From: Hormiphora californensis
Taxonomy: Eukaryota > Animalia > Ctenophora
Direction: 5' to 3'
Assembly: GCA_020137815.1 (NCBI GenBank)
Contig: CM035354.1
Coordinates: forward strand, 7,998,001 to 8,062,000
Length of the DNA: 64,000 nucleotides
Under the pieces are notes generated by a model. The model ran no database searches. It was not told where the DNA came from and worked only from the letters and a program-made list of their open reading frames with translations. Both the position numbers and the translations under genes were made by a program. Positions 29,201-40,990 of this stretch are shown here, in pieces (positions within the stretch are counted from its first letter, which is position 1; every line of letters begins with the position of its first letter).

Positions 29201-31087
29201 TGCATTATTCAAAATGGAATACTGGAAAACCTTTACGTTAAGAGTAGAGAACCACTCACCGAACACGCCATCAGATGCCCAAATAGCACGTTTTATCTTC
29301 CTCTAAAAGACGTTTGTGATGGCGGAGATCAATGTGTGTCCAGTGAGGAGACCATCTGCTCCCGATCCAAGAACTCACAATTAATGAAACTCGATAACTC
29401 AACCTTTGCTGAGTTCGGCTGTCTCCCAGGATCATTTGGTTCTGACTCAACATGTGTAAAGACAATACACTACTATGAGGAAAACATGAATGCTCATGAC
29501 ACCAGTTTTGTCATTCACAGTTGCACTTTCAACGAGCCATACTACACGTGCAGCTCAGGACAGGTCTTCAACCAGTCGATGGATGACTTTCTGGATGACA
29601 AGATCTCCACCATTATCATCTCCCAAGAGAAGAGTAACATAACGGGGTATATGTTCTGTAACAGGACAAGCATTCCACCAATTCACTATACCAAATGGTG
29701 TGACACTGTTCCAGATTGTCCGGACAGTAGTGATGAAACAAACTGTACTGAATATCCTTTTAAGACGTTTTATTGTGGATCAGTAACTGACCAAGTCTAC
29801 GAGGGGAATCCAAATTCAACTTGGATCCCCATGGGTTTGGTGTGCGATGGAGAAATTAATTGTGCCAACGCTAATGATGAGTGCAATGAAATCTGTCCAG
29901 ATGATGCGTCTCGGAACATTATTACCCCTTACTTCCGGGTTCCAGCTGGCTTCATTGGAGTTTTAGCCTCCATAATAAACACAGCATCTCTCGTGAACTT
30001 TGTCGCCAATTTACGAAAGGCCCGGTCTTTTAATTCACTTGTCAACCAAAGTTTCGTAGGGTTGATTGCACTGGGAGATTTGATGATCGGTATCTACATG
30101 ATCCTAATTCTGGCCGCCACTTTAAAAAAAGGTAAATATTGCAGTGAGCGATTAAACTGGCTGTCAAGTAACGATTGTGAGTTACTGGGTATTTTAAGTA
30201 CAGCCGGGACATTTGTATCTCTGCTTTCGATGACTTTGCTAAGTGTTTTCCGAATGGTTTCACTGCGCTCTATGCTGCAAATGGAAATCAGTAAAAGGAA
30301 AGTCTGCATCCTCATTCTCATGGTGCTCACAATCCTCCTTTCGTCGACAATTTTGGCGGGCATCCCACAATTCCAACGGTTTGAAAACTACTTTGTGAAT
30401 GGATATTATTACAAAGACCAAACGCTATTTACAGATGTCGCCCGTAGAGGGGATTTCAAAAGAGTTATCAACCACTTTAATTCATCAATTGAAATCATTG
30501 GATCAAATCCAGGATGGACAAATGTAGAATGGTCAACGTTAATAGACCATTTCAAATCTCTGTTTTTTAACGAAAGTGTCCCAGAGAAACAGTCAGTGGG
30601 TTTCTATGGGAACCAAGGAGTTTGCCTCTTCAAGTACTTTGTCACCGATAAAGATCCTCAGCGTCATTTCTCTCTTTCTGTCCTGGGGCTCAGCTGTCTG
30701 TGTTTTGCTATAATTACAGCCAGTTACACCAGCATTCTTACACATGCGTCATCTACAGCTTCTTCTGCCGGTCTTACTGAATCCCAAAAACAATCGACGA
30801 TCCGACTTCAGAGGAAGGTTACCCTGATTATCATGACTGATTTCCTAACCTGGATACCCTTTATATTCCTGGCTCTGCTACATTTCGGTGAGGTTATTGA
30901 TGCGACTAACTATTATGAAGTATGTTCAGTGATATTGATACCAATCAATAGCGTTATTAACCCTGTTATTTATAATGGAGATGAGTTCGTGAGATTCGTA
31001 AAAAGTATGTCTAACCGAAGGACTAGAACCCTAAAAAATTCTCAACGAACAGTTGCCATGACAACAATGGCGACCACTAGTAACTAA
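23276..31087 (+). CDS. Multidomain LDLa-containing GPCR (GRL101/LGR/RXFP-type 7TM, no LRRs), copy 1, about 1333 aa, 11 exons
   Basis: Exons 23276-23336, 23408-23852, 23982-24133, 25171-25465, 25988-26089, 27517-27677, 27822-27896, 27978-28058, 28177-28260, 28338-28581 and 28786-31087 sum to 4002 nt with compatible phases. Features: signal peptide MMFRGLFASLLVLIV; ShKT C..D..WC..GGC..MQCQKTCSFC; LDLa WCDTVPDCPDSSDETNC and VCDGEINCANANDEC; 7TM motifs LIALGDLMIGIYM, FYGNQGVCL, IMTDFLTWIPF, PINSVINPVIY. Confidence 0.88.
24173..24911. mobile_element. Tc1/mariner-pogo-like MITE with TA TSD, present only in receptor copy 1
   Basis: TIRs GGGTAAACCGGGGCAA and TTGCCCCAGTTTACCC, with internal GGTTCGAATTGCCCCGG repeats. 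The empty site TGTTACATACTAGTTA is in copy 2 at ~33921-33936. Confidence 0.9.
25544..25959 (-). mobile_element. tRNA-derived (SINE-like) insertion with 14-bp TSD, present only in copy 1
   Basis: AGATGTGATTATCG is duplicated at 25530-25543 and 25960-25973. A minus-strand tRNA-like core at 25731-25806 has A box TAGCTTAGTGG, B box GGTTCAATTCC and acceptor stem GGGTTTG/CAAACCC; its anticodon arm is degenerate. Confidence 0.75.
26115..27442. mobile_element. Crypton-like non-autonomous element (multi-hairpin end unit plus long unit), present only in copy 1
   Basis: Absent from copy 2 (empty site GATGTATAATTATTG at ~34675-34689) and flanked by TATA. Three hairpins lie at 26150-26260, with IR pairs 26117/26294 and 26295/27440. 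Confidence 0.7.
26586..27286. mobile_element. Second Crypton-like element nested in the first, in opposite orientation
   Basis: IR pairs TGAAACCCGATAGC (26589) / GCTATCGGGTTTCA (27071) and ACTATGAACGTTTG (27088) / CAAACGTTCATAGT (27270). Three hairpins at 27121-27251 include CCTCGGCTGCGCCTCGG. Confidence 0.65.
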
Positions 31088-32112
31088 AGTTGTTGTCAAA
31101 GTACATTAAAAGTACAAAATGATGGTTATTACACCAGGAACAATTCATCTTAGAATATTTTGTTAAAGGCTAGATTGTGTGTCAGGCGTCAGATGTGTTC
31201 GCCTCGTTCTGTATACTATGACTTATTTGCTATTTGTTATTTTACTTGTGCTAAAAAATTCGTCTTAAAAACAAAGAAAATAAACCCCAAAAAAAGCAAA
31301 ATATGTAGCTGCAACAAGAATAGTGAACCATGATACAAGTTCAATAAAGTTCAAGAGCGTCCAAGAGCGCACCCCATCCAGAAGAGACCATATCCAAGAG
31401 CACAGATATAGGTGGACATAACTCGGAAAGGGGGAGGGGGTCTGCAGATTTGGACAGGCCTGGACAGGGGGAGGAAGGGGGGGGGGGTAAAAATGACCAA
31501 AAATCATGGACGTCCTTTTTGAAGCGCCCCTTCCTGACCTCCGAGGGGAGTCCAATATATCAAGGTTGTCTGGTTTATACATACTAGTATTTTGGGGGGA
31601 GGGGGGAATCCACCTGTTCTTGCCATCGCAGTGATAAAGTAACCACAAGAAACACTATTATTTCCTACCTCAGAAAATGACATGTGTTTAATAAAGCAAG
31701 TGATATTACTGTTCTATGTCTAGATGCACAAGTGTTTTTAGCATCTTGAAGAAGGTATTATATATCTGTGTTTTATCTGTTGTTTATCTGGTTGCTAAGC
31801 AGTATGATGAGAGGAGAAGCAGAGAGACAGAGAGGCAGAGAGATAGATACTGAAAGATAGAGAGACTGAAAGATAGAGATACGTGGGAAGGATAGGGAGA
31901 TGGGTGAGATTGCGTACTACACACGAATCGTGCGGCACGTGGGACTCGTTAGTTTCCTCCTAAACCTCAAAGCGTTTCTTGTTGTTTTAACTTTGCTTTA
32001 TTTGCAGTGCGCCAAAACATGATGTTCCGTGGTCTCTTCGCCTCTCTCTTGGTCCTCATTGTATCAACAAAATATGATCGTGAGTAAAATTTGGTAAAAA
32101 ATTAAATGTTAA

Positions 32113-33108
32113 GGCCAGAGGGGGGGGGGTCGACGGGTTTTTTGGGGTGTTTTTTGAGGTATACGTTATATGAAAGCGCTGGGCAAGGCGGATCGATTAG
32201 AACAGACGTCATCGATGTTGCGCGCACCGTTTGGCCAAAATTTGGGGGTTAACATTTGGCCTATAATGGATGTTAACCCCTATAAATCAGGATTGGTGGG
32301 GTCTAGAACATCCATCATTGTACCAAAGGCTTCGTCTTGTCTTGATACAACTTCCTGAAAAGTTTTATGTCGTTACTCCAACTACTTCTTGATTTTTTGG
32401 GGGTTTACAAAATATGCGGAAAAAGCCCTTTTTGCCTCTAATTTTGCTCTTTTTTGGGACATCCTGCCTAACTTCCTGAAATAACGGCTAGGACTCAGAC
32501 CTTGCCGTTTGGCATAGTTGTTCTAGAGACCGTGTTCTTCAAATTTGGTGTAGCGATTTTTGATTAAGGCCCCCGTTCAAAAATTATAGGGGTGAACATA
32601 AAATTTTCATGGACAAAACAAATGTTAACCCCTATAATTTTTGAACGGGGGCCTTAATCAAAAATCGCTACACCAAATTTGAAGAACACGGTCTCTAGAA
32701 CAACTATGCCAAACGGCAAGGTCTGAGTCCTAGCCGTTATTTCAGGAAGTTAGGCAGGATGTCCCAAAAAAGAGCAAAATTAGAGGCAAAAAGGGCTTTT
32801 TCCGCATATTTTGTAAACCCCCAAAAAATCAAGAAGTAGTTGGAGTAACGACATAAAACTTTTCAGGAAGTTGTATCAAGACAAGACGAAGCCTTTGGTT
32901 CAATGATGGATGTTCTAGACCCCACCAATCCTGATTTATAGGGGTTAACATCCATTATAGGCCAAATGTTAACCCCCAAATTTTGGCCAAACGGTGCGCG
33001 CAACATCGATGACGTCTGTTCTAATCGATCCGCCTTGCCCAGCGCTTTCATATAACGTATACCTCAAAAAACACCCCAAAAAACCCGTCGACCCCCCCCC
33101 CTCTGGCC
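32113..33108. mobile_element. 996-bp near-perfect palindromic MITE, TTAA (or TA) TSD, present only in copy 2
   Basis: Ends are TTAA-GGCCAGAGGGG...CCCCTCTGGCC-TTAA. The mirror ORFs 32170+ and 33051- differ by one residue. The empty site ATGTTAAACC is at 23351-23360. Confidence 0.93.
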
Positions 33109-35819
33109 TTAAACCACTTAACTTGATCTTCATGTACTATCCAAAATTATGGCCATAACACTTTCAGAGCAAAGTAGAACGTACTATGCGTTGGTCGATG
33201 GTTCTGTTAGACTCCGCTGTTCAACAGAGCTAAATAAATGGGTTATCAGTTCCGTAACATGGACAGAGACCTTGGATGTAAACGGTGGAGGGAAACCCGA
33301 CAAAGAACTCTACAAAAATGAACCAAGAACAGGTAAGAAATATTCAACAATGGATGAGACCCAAGGGGCTTGTTTGTTCTATGAGTGGGATTATGACGCT
33401 TCATTTTACAAATCAAAAGGTAATTTAGACATTTTTGCAGTGCTTAAGGTTACAAAATGCTACGGAGAAAAGAAACATTTGGCTTGTCATAAGAGTGGAA
33501 CAGGAATTGAAATACTGGCTGCGAAACAAGTCAACTTCGGAGACGCGGCAGAAAACTGTAATGATACACCTAACGGTTCCAGATCTAAGAACTGTTTCAT
33601 TGACAGGTGACCGAATGGGAAATTCAGTCTTTATCACAAAACTAAAGATTTGATAGTTTTTATAAAAAACAATTATCCATCAAATAATATTCCTTTCTCT
33701 TAACACAACTTACATCTATACTACTACCTACTAGGTTAGATGAGATAAGCGAGTGGTGTGCTAGTACATCTATTAGATCTAGATGTGATCTGAAAGATTT
33801 TGCAAACTTGACTATTTGTGACGTTGATAGTGATACTTTAAAGGCGAATGTATTGGAAGTTGAATACACTTGCACCGCTAATGAAGGTATGCTGATTAGC
33901 CAATATATATTAACTTATAATGTTACATACTAGTTATATATATATAAGGATCATGTTCGGTTCGTGTTTATAAATTTATGGCCACCTTATGAAACTGGTG
34001 CTGTATAAAACTGAACATTTCTCTATGTGGCAAGCAACAATATTGTATTTCCATGTACATTAAATTGTTTTTTAGGGCATATAGCACACAGTTCAGTAAT
34101 CAGTTATGTAATTGTATCATTAGGTTGTCCATTGGCACATCTGTCTACCCAATTTTCAGATAATTGTTACGATAGAGACCCATGGTGGTGTGGAAACTTG
34201 AAACTCAGAGGAGGCTGTAAATTGGGAGATATCAACTACGAAAAGGCTTTCATGCAGTGTCAAAAAACATGCAGTTTCTGTAGTGAACGAGGATCAGTGG
34301 AAAATATTGAATAAGAGATGGATTCAATACGATGTTGAACAAAATATTGTTTTCCAACCCATCTCCAGTAACTACTTTACAACTTCGATTGATTTTCGAA
34401 ATAAAAACAACCCGGATTATATAATCACCATCACTTGGACAAGAATTTTGGAAGGGTAAGTTTCAGCGTACTAAATTGAACGGCTAGATCAGTCTTTTAT
34501 TTTATAGGTAGCAAATCTAATATAGGTGTGTGATGATCGATACATTTGTGCAGGAAGAAAATTAGGACATCGACAAACATGGCGTGTCAGAGGAACGAAA
34601 CATTTGACCACAAAGAGTCCTGCTATTCCAATAACTGGATTGTTAAACTCGACACGTAAGAAATTTACTAATAAGATGTATAATTATTGAGACCTCGATC
34701 CCGCCTCGATTAAATCGACCTTTTGATGTCAAACAATTCTATCCACTTCAGGAAAGTGTTTAAGATTGACTGTGGAACAGAAAATTTGCTCAGCTGGAAG
34801 TTTAACGAAAAATGTGGAGCGAATTTACAATTTAATACGAATCAGCAATTTGAAATGCTAATTAGCTCGTCAAAATCAGACCTAAAGTTCTTTACACCTA
34901 CATCTGATGATAGTAAGTATTTGCAGATAAACTATTAAAATAATATGTCACTCAGAATATATACTAAGTATGTATTTTGTATCGAGTTTAGATTACCAAA
35001 CTCTTTATAATGAATACTTTTAGATGAAGTGATCAATATTGAGGCTACCAACAACAAACTGTTTTCTTATCTGATTGTCCCGATAACTCAATCAGGGGGT
35101 AAGTAAGAAGAAGTTTTCTTGCAATCAGCATTGATTAAAAGTGTTCTTTACATTTTACAAACACATCAATTCAGATAGAAAGGTTAGCTGTACATTTACC
35201 AAGATTGGAAACGGTACGGAAACAACAGAATTCAACATTAAAGTGTCTTCGATAGGTAAGAGAGAGAAAATACTGGTACTTGATGATCATAATTCATCAT
35301 AATTTCTCTTATAATATTCACCGGGGGTGGATCCACCAATGCTTCTACTAACAATATATTCAAAATTCAGAAGATAATGAAAACATAAGGCGTTGTTCTA
35401 ATACCAATGAAGCCTACAAACAATACGATGACTGTACTTATAGCACAATTTGTGGTAAGAAAATTGTCTGATAAATATCAATTAAAGTTAAGATTGATCT
35501 TCTAGGATTCAAGTTTCATTTACTTACCCAGGAACGGACGCAGAATCTATCAGAAATCAGTCCCTTGACTGCGGTGATATAACGAAAGGATGCCAAAATC
35601 ATCAAGCTGATATTTGTGTGACTAAGTCTGGGGCAATCAAAGCGGTTTCAACTAACAGTACACAACCTTGGCCTTGTATCTCAAAAAAGACTTCAGTACC
35701 GTGTGATGGTCCATTACAGACCTTTAGGTGTGATGATGGATCCGAGATCGACCAAAGTCTAACTTGTAATTTTGTGTAAGTAATGCGAACACGTTTTTAT
35801 CCTGTTTGAACTACATATA

Positions 35820-36696
35820 CCGTGTGGGGCAATAAAAATGCCCCCCCAAGTCTACCATAGTTCCAGATATCGTGGAGCGCTAAAATTTGGTACAGTAACT
35901 CTATGAGACAAATAAATAACTTGGCCAAAATTTCAGACCTCTAGCTCAAAATTCATTTTTTTTTTATCGGAATGAACATTGTCATTCATTCCAGGAAAAA
36001 ATATTTTCCGGTCCAAAATTTAACTAATTATGTTTGGCTATCGATTTGCTTTCCAATGGGACCAAGATCAGCTAAATTGGACAAACACAAGAGACACAGT
36101 GTCATGTTGCTTTAAGTTAGTCAGGTCATGTGATCTTCACCGAATCGTTGAGTTTTCGGGATTGCTAATCGGGCCAATGGGCAAAGGAATCTCGTATCAT
36201 GGCCGCTAATTGGGTATGTGTACCAATACAGGGTGATGTGATTCGAGGAAAGAGGACATTTATCAAAGAGCTCCAGATCTCATGACCAATCAGCATCGTC
36301 ATCCCTCATTAGCAGATGTGATACGTGATTCTCTACCACTTAGACCAATTCGTAATACTGAACACGATCAACGATTCAGTGAAGATCACATGACCTGACT
36401 AACTTTAAGAAACATGACACTGTGTCTCTTGTGGTTGTCCAATTTAGCTGATCTTGGTCCCATTGGAAAGCAAATCGATAGCCAAACATAATTGGTTAAA
36501 TTTTGAACCGGAAAATATTTTTCCTGGAATGAATGACAATGTTCATTCCGATCAAAAAAATGAATTTTGAGCTAGAGGTCTGAAATTTTGGCCAAGTTAT
36601 TTATTTGTCTCATAGAGTTACTGTACCAAATTTTAGCGCTCCACGATATCTGGAACTATGGTAGACTTGGGGGGGCATTTTTATTGCCCCACACGG
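35820..36696. mobile_element. Tc1/mariner-like MITE with ~330-bp TIRs and TA TSD, present only in copy 2
   Basis: Ends are TA-CCGTGTGGGGCAATAAAAATGCC...GGCATTTTTATTGCCCCACACGG-TA. The empty site CTACATATATTTAC is at ~28617-28630. Confidence 0.92.
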
Positions 36697-39600
36697 TATT
36701 TACATATATCAAGTTCAAATGGTTACAATCATGCAGTATGTAGTAGTAGGTAGCAGTTTTAATTTCAAGCGGGATATAAATTATAAAGTATTTCTATTGA
36801 AACAGCACTACTTTCGAATATTACTGACTACCATTTCACTTTTATTTAACTCTTGCAGGGACGATTGTGGGTCAGGATATTATGAAGATGAGCTTTTTGA
36901 GACATCTAACCGAAAGACAGAGTGTGATCCCCAATACGGAGTTGAATGCAAGAACCCTCCCTACATAATCCCTCCTTCTGAGGTGGACTGCAGTGGTAAT
37001 GAAGTTGATCACCGTGTTGACTGCAATTATGAAAGCTTTTGCAAGATCGCAATTAATTGCACCTCTCGAAGTGGTTTAGATATTTATGTCTATGAAGGTC
37101 AAATGTGTGATCCAACTGGAACTCCATACTGCAGCGACCTATCTTCCTATATGGACTGCCCAGCCAATAGCTCCCTCGACTGCTCAGTAGACGGTAAAAA
37201 TAAATCATTACATTCCACTATTTTATGTAACAGAGGAGGTAAATCAGTTTGTGATAATGACACGGATTTGGAGTGCATTATTCAAAATGGAATACTGGAA
37301 AACCTTTACGTTAAAAGTAGAGAACCAATCATCGAACACGCCATCAGATGCCCAAATAGCACGTTTTATGTTCCTCTAAAAGACGTTTGTGATGGCGAAG
37401 ATCAATGTGTGTCCAGTGAGGAGACCATCTGCTCTCGATCCAAGAAGTCACGATTAGTGAAACTCGATAACTCAACCTTTGCTGAGTTCGGCTGTCTCCC
37501 AGGATCATTTGGTTCTGACTCAACATGTGTAAAGACAATACACTACTATGAGGAAAACATGAATGCTCATGACACCAGTTTTGTCATTAACAGTTGCACT
37601 TTCAACGATCCATACTACACGTGTAGTTCAGGCCAGGTTTTCAACCAGTCGATGGATGACTTCCTGGATGACAAGATCTCCACCATTATCATCTCCCAAG
37701 AGGAGAGTAACATAACGGGGTATATGTTCTGTAACAGGACAAGCATTCCACCAATTCACTATACCAAATGGTGTGACACTGTTCCAGATTGTCCGGACAG
37801 TAGTGATGAAACAAACTGTACTGAATACCCTTTTAAGACGATTTATTGTGGATCAGGAACTTCCCAAGTCTACACGGGGAATCCAAATTCAACTTGGATC
37901 CCCATGGGTTTGGTGTGCGACGGAGAAATTAACTGTGCCAACGCTAATGATGAGTGCAATGAAATCTGTCCAGATGATGCGTCTCGGAACATTATTACCC
38001 CTTACTTCCGGGTTCCAACTGGATTCATTGGAGTTCTCGCCTCCATAATAAACACAGCATCTCTCGTGAACTTTGTCGCCAGTTTACGAAAGGCCCGGTC
38101 TTTTAATTCACTTGTCAACCAAAGTTTCATAGGGTTGATTGCACTGGGAGATTTGATGATCGGTATCTACATGATCCTAATTCTGGCCGCCACTTTAAAA
38201 AAAGGTAAAGAATATTGCAGTGAGCGATTAAAATGGCTGTCAAGTATCGAATGTGAGTTACTGGGTATTTTAAGTACAGCCGGGACATTTATATCTCTGC
38301 TTTCGATGACTTTGCTAAGTGTTTTCCGAATGGTTTCACTGCGCTCTATGCTGCAAATGGAAATCAGTAAAAGGAAAGTCTGCATCCTCATTTTCATGGT
38401 GCTCACAATCCTCCTTTCGTCGACAATTTTGGCGGGCATCCCACAATTCCAACGGTTTGAAAACTACTTTGTGAATGGATATTATTACAAAGACCAAACG
38501 CTATTTACAGATGTCGCCCGTAGAGGGGATTTCAAAAGAGTTATCAACCACTTTAATTCATCAATTGAAATCATTGGATCAAATCCAGGATGGACAAATG
38601 TAGAATGGTCAACGTTAATAGACCATTTCAAATCTCTGTTTTTTAACGAAAGTGTCCCAGAGAAACAGTCGGTGGGTTTCTATGGGAACCAAGGAGTTTG
38701 CCTCTTCAAGTACTTTGTCACCGATAAAGATCCTCAACGCCATTTCTCTCTTTCTGTCCTGGGGCTCAGCTGTCTGTGTTTTGCTATAATTACAGCCAGT
38801 TACACCAGCATTCTTACACATGCGTCATCTACAGCTTCTTCTGCCGGTCTCTACTGAATCCCAAAAACAATCAACGATCCGACTTCAGAGGAAGGTTACT
38901 CTGATTATCATGACAGACTTTCTAACCTGGATCCCCTTTATATTCCTGGCTCTGCTACATTTCGGTGAGGTTATTGATGCGACTAACTATTATGAAGTAT
39001 GTTCAGTGATATTGATACCAATCAATAGCGTTATTAACCCTGTTATTTATAATGGGGATGAGTTCGTGAGATTCGTAAAAAGTATGTCTAACCGTAGGTC
39101 TAGAACTGTAAAAAATTCTCAGCGAACAGTTGTCATGACAACAATGGCGACCACTAGTAACTAAAGTTGTTGTCAAAGTACATTTAAAGTACAAAATGAT
39201 GGTTATTACACCAGGGACAATTTATCTTAAAATATTTTGTTAGAGGCTAGATTGTGTGTGTCAGGCGTCAGATGTGTTCGCCCTGTTCAGCGTTCTGTTT
39301 ACTATGACTTATTTGCTATTTGTTATTTTACACATGCTGAAAAATTCGTCTTAAAAACAAAGAAAATGAAACCCAAAATAAGCACAAAAGCTGCAGTGAA
39401 TAACCGAAAAGTTATATCGGGTGGGGCAAGAATAGTGAACCATAATACACGTTTACAAGTTTAATAATGTTCAAGAGCGTCCAAGAGCGTACCCCATCCA
39501 GAATAGAACACTCCAAGAGCGGTATCTTTTGAATGGGGAGATCTCTTGGAGTGGTCTCTTCTGGATGTGGTGTCCTCTTGGATCTGGTGCACACTTTATT

Positions 39601-39819
39601 ATGGTTCCCTATTAAATCAAACGGCCAGATACCGGAGATGTAAACATCACCGTAAAACTGTCTGCGAAGTTTTGTCAAGCTGACTTTCCCTCCTATCTGA
39701 TAATTCGTGTGCACTGTTTGTAACTTTTCACTGTATGGTGAGTGGCTTCGGAGTGGTTTCCGGAACTGTGCTTGGGATATGCTACAGACCGCGACCCCCG
39801 CTTCCGGCTTCTCAGATCG

Positions 39820-40990
39820 CTGTTACGATCTGGGTGTTTTTTGGCCTGTACAGGTGCGCGCTGCCAAAAAAGTTGATTTACTAAAATGGCTCTAACCGCC
39901 AAACCACTCAACCGTTTTGGCTAATTCAAAGTTTATCTGGTAGAGAATGTCAAGGCCTAACCCCAACCCAAACCCCAACCCTAACCCTAACCCTACTTTA
40001 GCCCTAACCCTAAAAAACCGTTTGTCAGCACTCCCAAAACACCCAGATTTTAACGCTGGCCAACATTTTCGGGCGCCGTTAAAGTCCATTTTTTTTCAAC
40101 TGTTCACCCCCCAAAGTCGTGCACGGAATTGTTTTGCGCGTCTATCACATGTTAACGTGTAGCGTGCGCCACGAAATTTCTAAATTTCACTGAAATTTCA
40201 ATTTTGGGTGAACAGTTGAAAAAAAATGGACTTTACGATCTGGGTGTTTGGAGGCCTGTTTACAGGTGCGCGCTGCCAAAAAAGTTGATTCACTATAATG
40301 GCTCTAACCGCCAAACCACTCAACCGTTTTGGCTGATTCAAAGTTTATATGGTAGGGAATGTCAAGGCCTAACCCCAACCTAAACCCCAACCCTAACCCT
40401 ACTTTAGCCCTAACCCTAAAAAACCGTTTGTCAGCACTCCCAAAAACTTTGAATCAGCCAAAGCGGTTGAGTGGTTTGGCGGTTAGAGCCATTTTAGTGA
40501 ATCAACTTTTTTGGCAGCGCGCACCTGTAAACAGGCCTCCAAACACCCAGATCGTAACGGCGCCCAACATTTTCTGGAAACGTTTTGAAAAGTGTTGAAA
40601 AGCGCTGCCCATATAAAGTCGGATTTTTTGAAGTTGTCACCCCCCTTTTCGTGCGCGGAATGTTTTTGCGCGTCACATCACATGTTAACGTGTGGTGTGC
40701 GCGTCAAAATTGATAAATTTCACATGCGCGGTCATTTTGGGGTGACAACGGAAAACGTTAAAATCTGGGTGCCTTTCATTGCTAACAATTCGTAGTTTTG
40801 GCGCGCGCGACGGGTTAGGGCTATCCGTTAGGGTCTGGTTAGGGTTTGGTTTGGGGTTATCGGTTAGGACTATCGATTCTCTAACTGATACCGTTTAGTT
40901 TACTCAAATCGGCCATGTGGTTCCATGGCTATGGAGGCCCGAAAAACGTGTTGCGACGCGCATTTTGCGACGCGCACGCGACGCGCATGC
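39820..40990. mobile_element. Cluster of ~250-bp elements carrying degenerate (CCCTAA)n tracts, in direct and inverted copies
   Basis: The unit GTTACGATCTGGGTG...CCTAACCCCAACCCTAACCCT...CACCCAGATTTTAACG appears at 39820 and 40232 and inverted at 40445-40565. A related unit lies at 40755-40930. Confidence 0.7.

Larger units (their letters stand above)
32019..39164 (+). pseudogene. Multidomain LDLa-GPCR copy 2; two +1 frameshifts versus copy 1 (pseudogene or sequencing error)
   Basis: Same exon series as copy 1 and near-identical sequence. Extra bases near 34283 (TGTAGTGAACGAG versus TGTATGGACGAG) and near 38851 (GGTCTCTACT versus GGTCTTACT) break the frame. Confidence 0.7.

Noticed and set aside
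32170-33051. Two identical 62-aa ORFs on opposite strands
   Set aside because: They are a by-product of the palindromic MITE arms.
39955-40015. True telomere or chromosome fusion site
   Set aside because: The CCCTAA tracts are short, degenerate and internal to a repeated mobile unit.
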